This document shows, piece by piece, positions 11,649 through 23,570 of a stretch of DNA of 64,000 bases. Both the position numbers and the translations under genes were made by a program. The stretch is taken from contig NW_003314261.1 in assembly GCF_000143415.4 (NCBI RefSeq), positions 6,887,973 to 6,951,972 of the forward strand, in the 5' to 3' direction. Origin of the DNA: Selaginella moellendorffii. Lineage: Eukaryota > Plantae > Lycopodiophyta. A model generated the notes under the pieces. That model searched no databases. It was not told the origin of the DNA and saw only the letters and a program-made list of their open reading frames with translations. Positions within the stretch are counted from its first letter, which is position 1, and each line of letters starts with the position of its first letter.

Positions 11649-12838
11649 ATGGAAACTTGGAGAGGGAGCGTTTTGGTTTTGCTCCTGCTGTCACTGAGCT
11701 TGGGTATCTTGGCTCACGGTGAGAGTGGAGGACGCAAGCATGGCTACCACAGCTACTCGAGATCTTGTCCTCAGGCCGAGAGGATCATAAGGGACACTCT
11801 AAGCAAGCACGCCGGTTGGGACAGGACGATACCAGCAGGAGTTCTTCGCTTGCACTTCCACGACTGTTTCGTCGACGTGAGTAGCTTTACAAGATTTAAA
11901 TTCTGGTTTTCTAACTTTGCTGTTCTCCAGGGCTGTGATGGATCGATTCTTCTCGACTCAACTCCCACCGACGGAACTAAAGTGGAAAAATTGTCCCTTC
12001 CAAACTTCATGTCCGCCAGGGGCTTCGAGGTGATTGAGGAAGCAAAGCAGAGGTTGGAAGCAGCTTGTCCTGGAGTTGTCTCCTGTGCCGACACTCTCGC
12101 CATAGCTGCCAGAGACTCGACCGTCATGGTAAGCTTAGCATCTTTTGAGAAACGCCGAATCAAGTTCTAAGACGTTGTCACTGCAGCTTGGAGGAAAGTA
12201 TTACCAAGTCCCAACCGGACGCTACGACGGAAGAGTTTCCAGCCAGGAACGTGGCAACACCTTACCATCCCCGTTTGGCGATGCATCGGCTCTCATTCAA
12301 AACTTCAAGGAGCGCGGCTTGTCAGTCCAGGACCTCGTCGTTCTCTCAGGTACGAATCGATTTCAACTTCCATCTCCTTCCCTCCAGTTTGTAAGTAGGC
12401 ATTAACGCTACTCCCTTGCAAACCACAGGTGGTCACACTCTTGGTACCGCCGGCTGCGCCACATTCAGCAATCGTTTGGACAACTTTACGAAAACTGGCA
12501 AGCCGGACCCGACCATCAATCCCAGATACCTCTCTCATCTCCGGAGGCAGTGCCCAGCACCGGGGTCGCCAAACCGTGTGGAGCTGGACAAAGGCTCGGA
12601 GTTTGTGTTCGACAACAGCTACCACAAGAACTTGGCCAGGAGAAACGGGGTCCTCATGTCGGATCAAGTTCTCAACGAGGACTCGAGAACAAGTCACTAC
12701 GTCAAGAACCTTGCGCACAAGCAGCACGACTTTTTGTCGCAGTTTGCGGCCTCGATGGTGAAGATGGGATACATTGGGTGGAAGAACAAGCACAATGGGG
12801 AAATCAGGAGGGTCTGCTCCATGGTAAACACCCATTAA
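11649..12838 (+). CDS. Class III secretory peroxidase, copy B
   Basis: Same exon structure as copy A, with three amino-acid differences in exon 4 (A>E, T>M, F>L). Confidence 0.96.
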
Positions 12839-12959
12839 ACACGGTGAAACCGTGACTGATTCTTTTTGGAAATAATCGTAAACTGTGAATATGGCCATTT
12901 TTCTTTACTGCGTCACAAAATTAAATGCATAGTTTACCGTTCTTGCAGCTCAGGAAACT

Positions 12960-14040
12960 ATATCACTTTCCAAATGACATGCTTGGGAAGCCTGGCCACG
13001 AGACTAATGGTCATGAGACCTTCATGCAGCTTGTTTTCTGTCAAAGTAAAGGTATGGATCAACCATAAAATTGTAAACTGTATCTTCACTACATAGAGCT
13101 TGAATTTCCAAGCTACAAGGTTGGCATTGTTGGGCAAGGCGTAATCAGCCCACTCTCCCCGAGAAAAGGATTCCAAACGTAGAGCCTCCTCTCATGTCTG
13201 GAATATATCAACGCTTGTCCTCCGAGACTACGCACAGGCGGTCTGGCTGCGGACAATCACGGTGTGGCGCCACCATCGCATGAGCTTGCCGCTGCTGTCC
13301 TCGATCTAGTTGTCCTCCGCAAAGAACTTACCACTGTCCGCTCTTCAAGCTGGAGTACATGGCCGGACGGAATGCTTGCACTTCCTTGAGGAAGAACGAG
13401 TTCCGAGCTCGCACGTCGCCGTGGCCGAGCAAGTAGGCGATGCCAGCTCCTAGCTCGTCGTTGTCCGCCACCATCAAGCCCTCCTCGAACCCCCTCCTCA
13501 GCAGAAGCGGCCTCGGTGTTGGCGGCGGCGGCGTTCTCTGCTCGTTCCAAAACCTCCTCGCGAGCCTCCCTCGCGGCGGATAAAGTTCTCCAGGAACTCC
13601 ACCAGCAGCTGCTCGAATAACCACTCCGTGGGGATTTTCCACGGTGTTCTTCTGCATCAGATACGTGCTAGTCGCAACAGTTCCCCGCGAGGAAAGGGCC
13701 CCAGGAGCTACCACATACGTGTACGTGAGGTATGGATATAGAGACATGTGGACGAGCTCGTTGTACACCAGTCCCAGGCCGGCCACCCTGTGCCTCACTT
13801 CGTACTTGTGTTTCATCTTCGTGCATATGTACATGACGAAGGCGAGAACTACTGGAACCCATCTTCCTTCCGTGAGCAGAACCGATGACAAGTACACGCC
13901 AGCTCGATGGTTCCGAAAAGAAGGAAAACTTACCGAGTGATTAACATGATAAGCGTGACCAAAGTAATGTGGCAACTACAGCAATGCCTGGACAAAGCAT
14001 AAGGCGTGGTTTCATCAGGAAAACGAGCGAACTCCCCCAT
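12960..14040 (-). pseudogene. Decayed F-box and HAK remnants (unit B)
   Basis: Paralogous to 5180-6245 but with a different set of deletions. Confidence 0.85.
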
Positions 14041-14611
14041 CAGTGGAGATGGTTTGTATAAAGGATGTTGTGGAGGAGGACAACCGAAAATGAATGAAGT
14101 AACGATCGTTAATCCCTTCTCTTCTCGTCGTGATTCTATGTTTCCAAGGTCGATGGACGATCTTCTACGATGGAAATTGGGTCCTAAGGCATGCCAATGG
14201 CGACGTATACCAAGGTCTCATCCATGGAAAGGCAAGGAAGAGCGAAACGTACAATCATCAGTTGCACTTTTGGAAAAATTTGAGGCATGCATCTTGTCGG
14301 TAGTGATTTTTGCGGTTCTTCTCTCCCTTGGTGACGTTTTTGACGAAACAAGAAATAAGGTAGTGGTTTTTGCCTCTCCAGAAATAAAGTTTTCTTAAGA
14401 TTAGCGGTTGAAAGAAGGCCGCTGATGATCCTCAGATTCGCAAAATCCAAGCAAATCTCTTTACATATATTCCTCCGATATTATCTTTTATTAGCTAATA
14501 ATTTTATTATTTTGGCAAAAAAATAAAAAAATTTAATGGAGAGGCTATAACTTAAATAGTATGGAAAGGTCTCACGATCTTCTAAATCGATACCCTATTA
14601 TATTGGCGGCG

Positions 14612-16663
14612 ATGGAAGCTCTAGCATTGGCGTTCTCCTGGTTGCGACGCGCTCCAGCACAGGCAAGCACACAGGCAAGCAGGGGATTGAAGATCCTCCT
14701 CCTTGAGGTGTGTACAGCTCGCTCGTTTCTCTCATTTTTTCTTGTTCCTTGACATTTTTCGCGTGCGGGCAGACTCCTGCAGCAACAGCGGACAAGGAAG
14801 CGGAGGATTTCCCAGCACTGCCCTCGCAGCTCGAGGCAGTGATCGCCAGCAGTGACCCAGCATCAAGTGTTCCCGAGTATGATGCACCTGTACTCGAGGA
14901 GGATGACGAGCATGACTTGCAAGAGGTAACTCCAGATGTAGCTAATCTTCTCTTGCAGCCGGTTGCTCCAATCGAGCTGGAGGATTCGTCCTCGCCAGCA
15001 CCACCCTCGCAGCTCGAGGCAGTTAGTCACGCGGCAGCATCAAGTGTTCCCGAGTACGATCCACCACCATTACCTGTACTCGAGGATGACAACCATGATT
15101 CGCAAGAGGTAACTCAAGAGCTTAGATGGTTTGCCTGGAACCGCACCAACCTTTTCTTGCAGCTAGAGGCGGTCATGGCTGGCTCTGAGGATTCAGTTCG
15201 GTATACTTCTCTCGGTGGCAAGACGCTTGCAATCGACGACAACGACGACAACCTGAGCTGGGAGGATATCCAGAGCTTCTTTCAGACCTGGACACTCCCG
15301 TCGATTGAGCTACCGTCCAGAGCCGATTTGCATCTGGAGGTGGAGGAACTTAAGAAGCTAGTTGGAGAGTGGACTTGGAAGCTACCGACCAGTCTCCAGT
15401 CGATAAAGGAAGAAATGTGGAGTAGGCTTTTGAACGCGGGCTTGGAGGAGGACGAGGTGACGTCCCAGGAATTATGGGAAGAACTCACAAACTTCCTGGG
15501 GTGGCATCGAGTCCCAGTTACCAGTTCCCGACGGATGCTTCTGGAAGCAGCGCCAGGTCCTCCTATCTTCGTCTCCAACGAGAATGGACCTTCTCTGTTC
15601 CGCTGGGTGGATCGCTTCATAGCTCCACTGAGCGCTCAACAAGATGGGGAAGAACAAGGCGGTGTTTCATCACCACCAGCCTCAGTCTTTTGGCAGAGGT
15701 TGAGAGGCGATGGCACCAGCAGCATGAGAAAGCACAGGAGGCCTCCAGACAAGAATAGTGAAGGACAAGAACTTATGGCAGCAATGGACGAGGAGTCATC
15801 CTACAAGGTATGTCTCTGTTGACAGGAATCAGATATGTATTCGTACTAAGATCTACACTGAACAGGTGCTAAAGTCTCATGCAGCAGCAGGATCTCGAAA
15901 GTTGTTGAGGCAAGCTGATGTTTCATCGACACCAGCTTCAGTCTTTTGGCGGAGCTTGCGAGGCGATGGCGTGGGAATGCACAGGAGGCTTCCATACAAG
16001 AACAGTGAGGAACTTGCAGCAGCAATGGCCGAGGAGTCATCTTACAAGGTATGCCTCTGCTGACAGGAATCAGATATATTCGTACTAAGATTGAAAATTG
16101 AACAGGTGCTAAAGTCCCATGCAGCCACAGGATTTCCATCTCAGAAGTTACTGGCTGGCGGCACTGTTGACACTAAGGAGGCTCGTAGCAATGCTTCACC
16201 ACCACCAGCATCGCCACCACCTTTTATGTGGCGGTGGTTCCCTCGAAGCTTGGGCGAGGATGGTGGGAAGGCCAAGAGGATCAACACCGAAACTTTTCAA
16301 GAAGCTGAAGAGACTTCAATATCGAGCTCTCATAGTTTAGTGGATGACGTCGGGGTGGGCAGCAGCAGCGGCAGTGCCAGTGATTTCATCGAGTTGTTTG
16401 AAGGAGAAGGCATTAGCAGCAGTGATGCCTTCCTGAACTCGCTGTTGGAAAGCAAAGGTGGCGGCAGCAACAGCAATGCGGATCTTCAGCTGGCTTCCTC
16501 CAATGATCTCAACTTGCAAGCGACGGCTGTGGCGGCAACCCCGCTGCTTCTTCCAATCCTTGCCAGGCTGCTGGTTGCGCTGCTGTTCCTCTTCGTCCTC
16601 TACTTCCTCTCGGTGATCAGGAGGAGGTGGGGGAGGAGAACGAGAGGGCTCCTGCCTCACTGA
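14612..16663 (+). CDS. Unrecognised modular protein with a C-terminal TM helix, copy B
   Basis: Near-identical to 6702-8754. The only length difference is 1 nt inside a predicted intron. Confidence 0.7.
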
Positions 16664-17152
16664 GTTCCAGCTTTCGATGCAAATGCATCAGGACGTGCAG
16701 TGGTTGCCGCAGGCATGGATCAAAACTTGAAGCCGGTGGCTTAACACTCCGTGATGCTCCCCGTCGGGAGTGATAGAACTTCGGTGGCAGATTTTCATCG
16801 GCTGGAGAGAAGGTGGCTCATCAAGGCAAGAAGTGAGCGGAGATATCTTACAAAACAGAGGCCGCTGGTGGTTCTGGAGCTTTGTCTGGTCGTACACAAC
16901 TTTCTACACCGATTGGTGGTGTAAGTGCAAGCTAGGAAGAAAGATCATATACTGAATGTTTGTAGCATTTAAACTTGGCTGATTCAGAAAAACAGTTTTT
17001 TGTTTTCTTCAGAGGCTTGATGGGAAACAAAAGAAGTAGCCAAGACTAGAAGTAACACGATTAGCACCTGTTCACGAAATGAGTTTCTATCCTGTGTGAG
17101 AAGCAAATCGATGGAAGGAAGCAATAGTTACGATTCCAGTAGCTTTGTGTTG

Positions 17153-17430
17153 CAATTTGAGTTGAGCTAAAGTCAGGATCATGATAAGCCAGTGTATCTC
17201 ATACAAAAACTGGCAAGCCAAACCGTGTCCATCGCTGGAATTGCCAAACCGTGTGGAGCTGGACAAAGGCTCGGAGTTTGACAAGCCACAAAAGAAACGG
17301 GATCCTTCAAGGTCTCAAAGAACCAGGCACTGCGTGAAGAACTTTGCGCACAAGCAGCACGAGTTCCTGGGGTGGAACAAACATCAAGGATGGTGAGACA
17401 TGCATAAGAAATAATCGTAAACTGTGAAAG
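17153..17430. pseudogene. HAK/peroxidase exon 4 chimeric remnant (unit B)
   Basis: Paralogous to 9237-9560 ([25 protein letters not shown]). Confidence 0.85.
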
Positions 17431-17437
17431 ATAAAAA

Positions 17438-18416
17438 TCAAGTTACAAGAGCACAGTAGTTATCTCGATTTTTAAGATCTCCTTCACTGCTTCCGACCGA
17501 AATATCACAGGGACTCTTAGATTTAACTGACCATGCATTGGACCAATCAAGCGATATCTGTATTTGCAGAATTGTCGAGAAAGGCCGGTAGATGTTCTTG
17601 TCCCAAGTCCCGGCATCCATGTCGTAGGAGACGTAGGTCTTCATCTTGTGGGAGCAAAAACTCAGGTAGTTCCCAGCTTGACCAGTGAACCTGAGATCAC
17701 CAGAATCGATCACATACTCGCTCACCACACCACGTTTCAAGTTAAACTCTTCGACTTTCAAATCAAACTCCAAGATCTGGACCTTAGGCTCGCGGGCACT
17801 AGCATTCACTAGATAGAGCTTGGATTTCCAAGTGGCCATCACTGGGCAAGGTGCAATAGGAAAAGCTATTAGTTGTGGTGTCAAACTCGGTCACTCTCGT
17901 GCATAGAAGATTCATGTAAAACATCTTGTTGTCTATCACCACAGGGCTTACCAAGTATTTGGCTTCTTCCAATCTGAACCAATCCTTGTCCCTGCGTGTG
18001 AAGGTGAAAACTTCCAAGTCCCACACCACGATCTTGCTGTTGAAGATGCAAGCCCTGGACCAGTCACTCGAAAGCACGAACGGAATCTCTTCCCACTGGT
18101 TGAGGAAAGGATTCCCAAGGTACAGCCTCCTCTGGAGTGTGGAGCGAGCCAGCATGAAACGCTTGTCCTCCGAGACCGTGCACAGGCAGTCTGGCTGCGG
18201 ACCATCACCGCGTGGCGCCCATCGCATCATCTTGCCGCTGCTGTCCACGACGCAGTTGTCCTTCGTGAAGAACTTAGCACTGTCCCTGTAGCTGCTCTTG
18301 AAGCTGGAGCTGTCCATCGCTGCTTTCCACGCCTTGCAAACGCACTTGGCAGCCAAGAGCGACGAGTAGGGCAGCTTGAGCAGTATCTCCTCCACAACCT
18401 CTTGTGGCAAAGCCAT
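17438..18416 (-). pseudogene. Single-exon F-box (FBA/kelch-like) gene with a frameshift, copy B
   Basis: MALPQEVVEEILLKLPYSSLLAAKCVCKAWK is an F-box motif. The frame switches near 17835 because of a 20-bp deletion relative to copy A. Confidence 0.8.
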
Positions 18417-18622
18417 CGTTGTCTTCCTCCTCCCCCCACTGTAACCTTGGCTACATGAGAACTTCCCTTTTAAGACAAAAAGGTACTTACTCTTAATGCT
18501 TCTAGCTCCTTTGGTTATGTGCAAGCCATTTACAGTTGCATCTCTGCCACCTTTCTAAAACCGAGGAAACCGCAATGTCAGTATACATTATACAAGTTCT
18601 GCGCGATATCAAACGTCTTACC

Positions 18623-21535
18623 TTATACGAAATAAGTCATCCCAATCCTCAGCAGCTGGCCGGGCGGAATGTTGAGCGTCTCGGCTCTCTGCTTGCAGTT
18701 CCTCCGGAGGAACGCGTAGAAGTAATTGATGACAAGCTTCTTAAGGAAGAACGAGTCCTTTCGAGCTCTCACGTCGCCGTGGCCGAGCAAGTAGACGATC
18801 CCGGTCTCTCGGCACTTCCTCAGCAACGCCAGAGAATCGTCCTCGCTCACGGACGAGCCAGCCTCGTCGTCGTTGTCCGCCACCATCAAGTCCTCCTCGA
18901 ACTCCCCGGACTCCACCCTTCTCAGCAGAAGCGGCGTGCACAAGCTCTCGTTGTTGGCGGCGGCGGCGGCGTTCTCTGCTCGTTCCAAAGCCTCCTCCCG
19001 AGCCTCGCGGCGGATAAAGTTCTCCAGGCACTCCACCAGCAGTTGCTCGAATAGCCACGCCGTCTCGGTTCGCATGTCCCTGTATCCATACCTCACGATG
19101 CACCTGTACATGTGATAGCTCTTGGGGCCGATACGCCTCACCACTATCCTTTCCTCGCGAGGAACCGTCGCGACTGGCACGTATCTGATGCAGACAAACA
19201 CCAGCACCGAGTGAATTGCAGGGAGGTAAGTGATAAACCTGTGGAAAATCCCCGGGACGCCATGGACGAGCTCGTTGTACACCAGTCCCAAGCCGGCCAC
19301 CCTGACTGTCCCGAGATTGGAGCCCAGCTGAGATATCCAGTCCATTGGAAGCTTGTGCCTCACTTCGTACTTGTGCTTCATCTTCGTGCCATAGTGCCAT
19401 ATGTACATGACGAAGAGGAGACCGGCTGCGAGAACTAGTGGAACCCATCCACCTTCCGTGACTTTGAAAAGAACAGATGACAAGTACGCCAGCTCAATGG
19501 TTCCGAACAGAAGGAAAAAACCCAGTGCTACGAGGACATTGATCTGCCAGATCATTAACATGATGAGCGTGACCAAAGAAGTTGTGACGCACATCGTGGC
19601 AACCACGGCAATACCTGGAGAAAGTATGCGTTTGGCAAGGCAAATTCATACAAGAAAAACGAACTTACCATATGCGTTTCCAAGTTGAGTTGTGTCCTTG
19701 AATCCTGCCGTGAGAGCTACAGTCAGGATCATGATAAGCCAGTTTATCTCAGGTATATAAATCTGCCCTGGAAACCGCTTTGACGTGTGAAGAATATGCA
19801 CCCGAGGAAAACATCCCATTGATTCTGCCATCTTCATAACGGAGAAACTTGCTGATATCATAGCCTGGCTGGCGATAACAGCAGCCATAGTTGCTATTAC
19901 GAATACAGGCCAGAAGATTGGACCTTCAAAAAAGGAAAAAGTGAAAAAAAAAATGTTCGTCAATCTACGAAAACAACACGTGTATACCAGGAATCGATTT
20001 GTAAAATGCCTCGCCCACATGTTCGGGATTTCTTATAAGATACGAAGCCTGTCCACCGTAGGCTAAAAGCAAACACGGAAGCACCACTGTTGTAAACGCA
20101 ATCTGCACAAAAAGAAGACAACTTAGTTCCGGCTTTAGTATAAACTGAAAGATACAGTAAACACTGAGGCTTTCTGAATACATCCCAGAAAAGGCCATTC
20201 CGTGCCCTGAGACCTGAATAGATTTCACAGAAAAGTGGCCAAGATCAGCAAACATAGCTTCGGTTCCTACAGGAGAACCGAATCAAAACAGAACGTCTTG
20301 GCAAACACAATTATGGCTACCTGTAATGCACAAGACAATTCCTCCCAAAGATATCCATGCAACCTTCCCGTTCCTCTTAAAGTAGAGATAGATGTGCCAC
20401 GGATTGAGAGCTTGGAAGACCCTCATGTCTCCTCTGCTCAAATTGTAGAGTCCAATGACACCAATTGTAAGAAACCACAACAGCAGAGCAGGGGCAAAAA
20501 GAAACGCCACTTTTGACGTTCCAAAACGCTGCAAGCTGAAGAGGATGACCAGGACCACAATGGAAACAATAACAACGACATCTGAGCACGAAAGAAAGAA
20601 TTAATGCCAAACATAAAAGCATTGTGGAGAAATGATTACTTTGGTCCATAGCTGGTACTGCCACTTTCAGACCACTGATAGCAGATAGAACTAAAGCAAA
20701 CAAAAACAGAGAAAGCAATCCCGTCTGTAATTACCAGCAAAGAAAACGTACCCGAGATCGCTGGTGTAAGTGTTCCATCTCCTATAATCATACAGGTTCC
20801 AATTAACGTGATAAGGAGCAGTAAGTTCTTCAGAAGCCCACTGTTCTCGAGCTTCTCTTTGATCCACAGGGCCCGTTCCAGCTCTTTGCTAGGAACTTGC
20901 AACTTATAAGTCGAAAGCTGACGATCTGTAGGATGAACCACGCTGATTTTGGCATACCGAGAGATCAAAGAGTACAGTGCAAAGGTACCACCTGAAAATA
21001 CGAGAACGAACACAGAAATTTCTTTTAGAATCTCTGGAAGAACTGTTCACGCTTACCTTCGCCATTGTCGTTTGCTCGCAGCACCACAAGCACGTATTTG
21101 CAAAGCGGGATGAGAAGCAAGGTGTAGAGAATAAGCGACAAGGCCCCGACGATATCCTTCTCCGGATTTGGGATATGCCCGCCAGTGAAAGTGCTGCTAA
21201 AGACGTACAATGGCGACGTCCCAAGGTCGCCATAGACGACTCCAATCGATTGGAATGCGAGCTTGAAGAGCAGCAATCCAGAGCTAGACTGCAAATGCCG
21301 CAGGCGCATCGATCAGGAGAAGAATGCGGCAGCCATGGATTCGAAATCCGCGACTGACCTGATTGTGAGAATGCATCCATGGGAAATACGCGGCCTCCTC
21401 CTCCAAGGAATCGTGCCTGGAGATCAATCGCTTGAGCCGCCGCCGCAGATAATCCACCCCAGCCGTGGAATCCTCGTCGTCGTCTGATGACGAGATCCCG
21501 GCGGATTGAATCTCAGGGCTTCCACTCCCGACCAT
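18623..21535 (-). CDS. HAK/KUP/KT potassium transporter, full length (HAK5-like N-terminus)
   Basis: [84 protein letters not shown], ending [10 protein letters not shown]. Confidence 0.96.
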
Positions 21536-21705
21536 AGCCGCAAGAAAGAGTCCCCCCTGAAAGAACTTGGAAGAAGCTGCAAAACCCTAGCCCTAGAAAC
21601 AGGGGAAGGTTTTGGCACTTTTTAACATAAAGGCCGACTAAAGTGTAAAGGAAAAGCGTGCTTTTAAAGTATAGAATGTACACTATGATGGATGGATGTG
21701 GCAAG

Positions 21706-22634
21706 CTATGAAGCTACCAAGTCCATAAGAGCGGACAATTCCCACGAAGACGAGGAAGAAGCACTGGATCCAAACGTCGAGCACGATGGGCTCTCCTCGC
21801 TATCGACCAAAGGATTGGTCGTGTCCATGAAACTCTCGCAATCCAGGCTTGGAAGTGGAACAAGCACAGTCTTGATCGCGTTGAGCTGCTGCTGTGGAAT
21901 CGATGGAGACTCGAGCGATGGCTTGTCTGTTGCGGGGAGATCCGGGGTCCAGGAGTTTGACGGAGCTCGTCTCACCATGGAGCGCTTCTTGAAAATGCGA
22001 CAAACAGCCCAGGATTCCTGGAAGAACAATGCCAGTGATCAGTGAACTAGCTTAAAAAAAAGAGAGAAGAGAACTTTCCAGTACCTCAAAGACTGGAGGG
22101 CGTTTTTTGGATGGATCCTTGGTAGAACCAAGGACTGGAAGTCGGAACTCGTGCATCACCCAGTCGGTCTTGGTGCCTTTGGCAGCTTTGCCTTTGTAGA
22201 AAACCAGAGATTTCTTGAGGCCAATGCATTTGGATCCGTCGCTCGTGTAGATGGCACGGTCCGGGCCCGTTGCTTTCCAGAATCCCCCCTTGGTCACTCT
22301 GTTCGGCCGCGTGCTGTTTCGATACTTTTGATCCCTCAAGCAGAAGAAATACCAGACGTTCTCTCCAGAGACCGCCATGTCTGGCAAGAACAAAAGAAGA
22401 AAAAACCAAGTTAGTATCACCGACAAACCCGAACGAGAAAGCAAACTTACGTGGGAGATCCCATGGATCATACTTGTAAATGTCCAGCTGCGTGATCACC
22501 TCGAAAGGCAGAGTTTTGTGCTGGACTTTCCGGTGGAGATAAAACCCAACGAGCTCCTCGTCAGTGGGATGGAACCTGAATCCCGGAAGAATGACTTCCG
22601 GCATCACATCAAAGTGATCGTTTTGATTTTGCAT
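21706..22634 (-). CDS. NAC transcription factor, FEZ/ANAC009-like (3 exons)
   Basis: [94 protein letters not shown] small extra exon from 22700 is possible. Confidence 0.92.
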
Positions 22635-23271
22635 CCTGTGCGCTTGCGAGGAACTAAAAAAAAGGATTGAAAACACAGGGCGAGTGTTTTACCTCTCCAT
22701 GCGCGGCTGGATTGGATACATATAAGGAAGCACAGCTCCAAACAGTGGAGGACTAAGATGCTGCTAATCTTGTCGTTAAGCTGGAGAGGAAAAAAACAAT
22801 CCAGTGAGAACACTGGAGCACAAGCGAGAAAATAAAGACAAGCAATTACCGGCCGGAGCATATCCCTCCATTTGCTGTGTTGTGATAGATCTTTCGGAAA
22901 TTCGGATAATGACCAGCAAAGACTCCGTGCGAAGTTTTCATGGAGGAAGAAAAAAACGAGAGTCGACTGTTCTTAAGAAGAACAATCGCGCTGAAACTCG
23001 CTCGCTGCTTTCTTCTCTGCGAGATTCCTACAGGGAGACGTTAAAAGAAGTTTGGCTTTGAGATTCACCTGAGACATAAAAGCACAGAGATGTTTTTTTA
23101 CCTCAGTTTCACCACTCCACGATCTTTGCTGCAAGAATGTGCTACTTGTAAGAACAGGAAGTAAGAAAGAAAGAAAAGAGTTTTTTTACCGCCTCGTGGA
23201 TAACTCCTTTCATCGTTTATGATGTTCCTCTCGATACGGCCGCGATAGATCTTTTGTCCAAGACCATTCCT

Positions 23272-23540
23272 CTTGAGGATCTGGTGGTCAGATCTTCCAA
23301 AAGCGCTGTAAAATCCACAGAAACAAGAGCTATAGAGTGCTTAGATGCTGCATTGATCCGAAAGAGAAGCCCTAGAATGAGCTCTTCCTTTTTCTTGACG
23401 ATCTAGGGGGCCAGATCGTCGAAATGCGCTGTAAAATCCACACAAACAAGAGCTATGGAGTAGAAATGCTGCTCAGATTGATCCCGCGATGCGAACTGAT
23501 CCGAAAGAGAAGAGAGGGATTCTAAAAGAGCCCTAGAATT
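23272..23540. repeat. Diverged ~120-bp tandem duplication downstream of the NPH3-like gene
   Basis: GCGCTGTAAAATCCACA.AAACAAGAGCTAT occurs at ~23303 and ~23426, and GATCCGAAAG..GCCCTAGAAT occurs twice. Confidence 0.7.
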
Positions 23541-23570
23541 TGAAAATTTCGGTGTTCTAGGGTTTGACAT

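Larger units (their letters stand above)
10959..19003. repeat. Tandem segmental duplication, unit B (~8.0 kb)
   Basis: AGCAAATGTATGTATTGTC at 10959 matches 3162. CCTCCTCCCGAGC at ~18991-19003 matches ~10949-10961. Confidence 0.92.
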
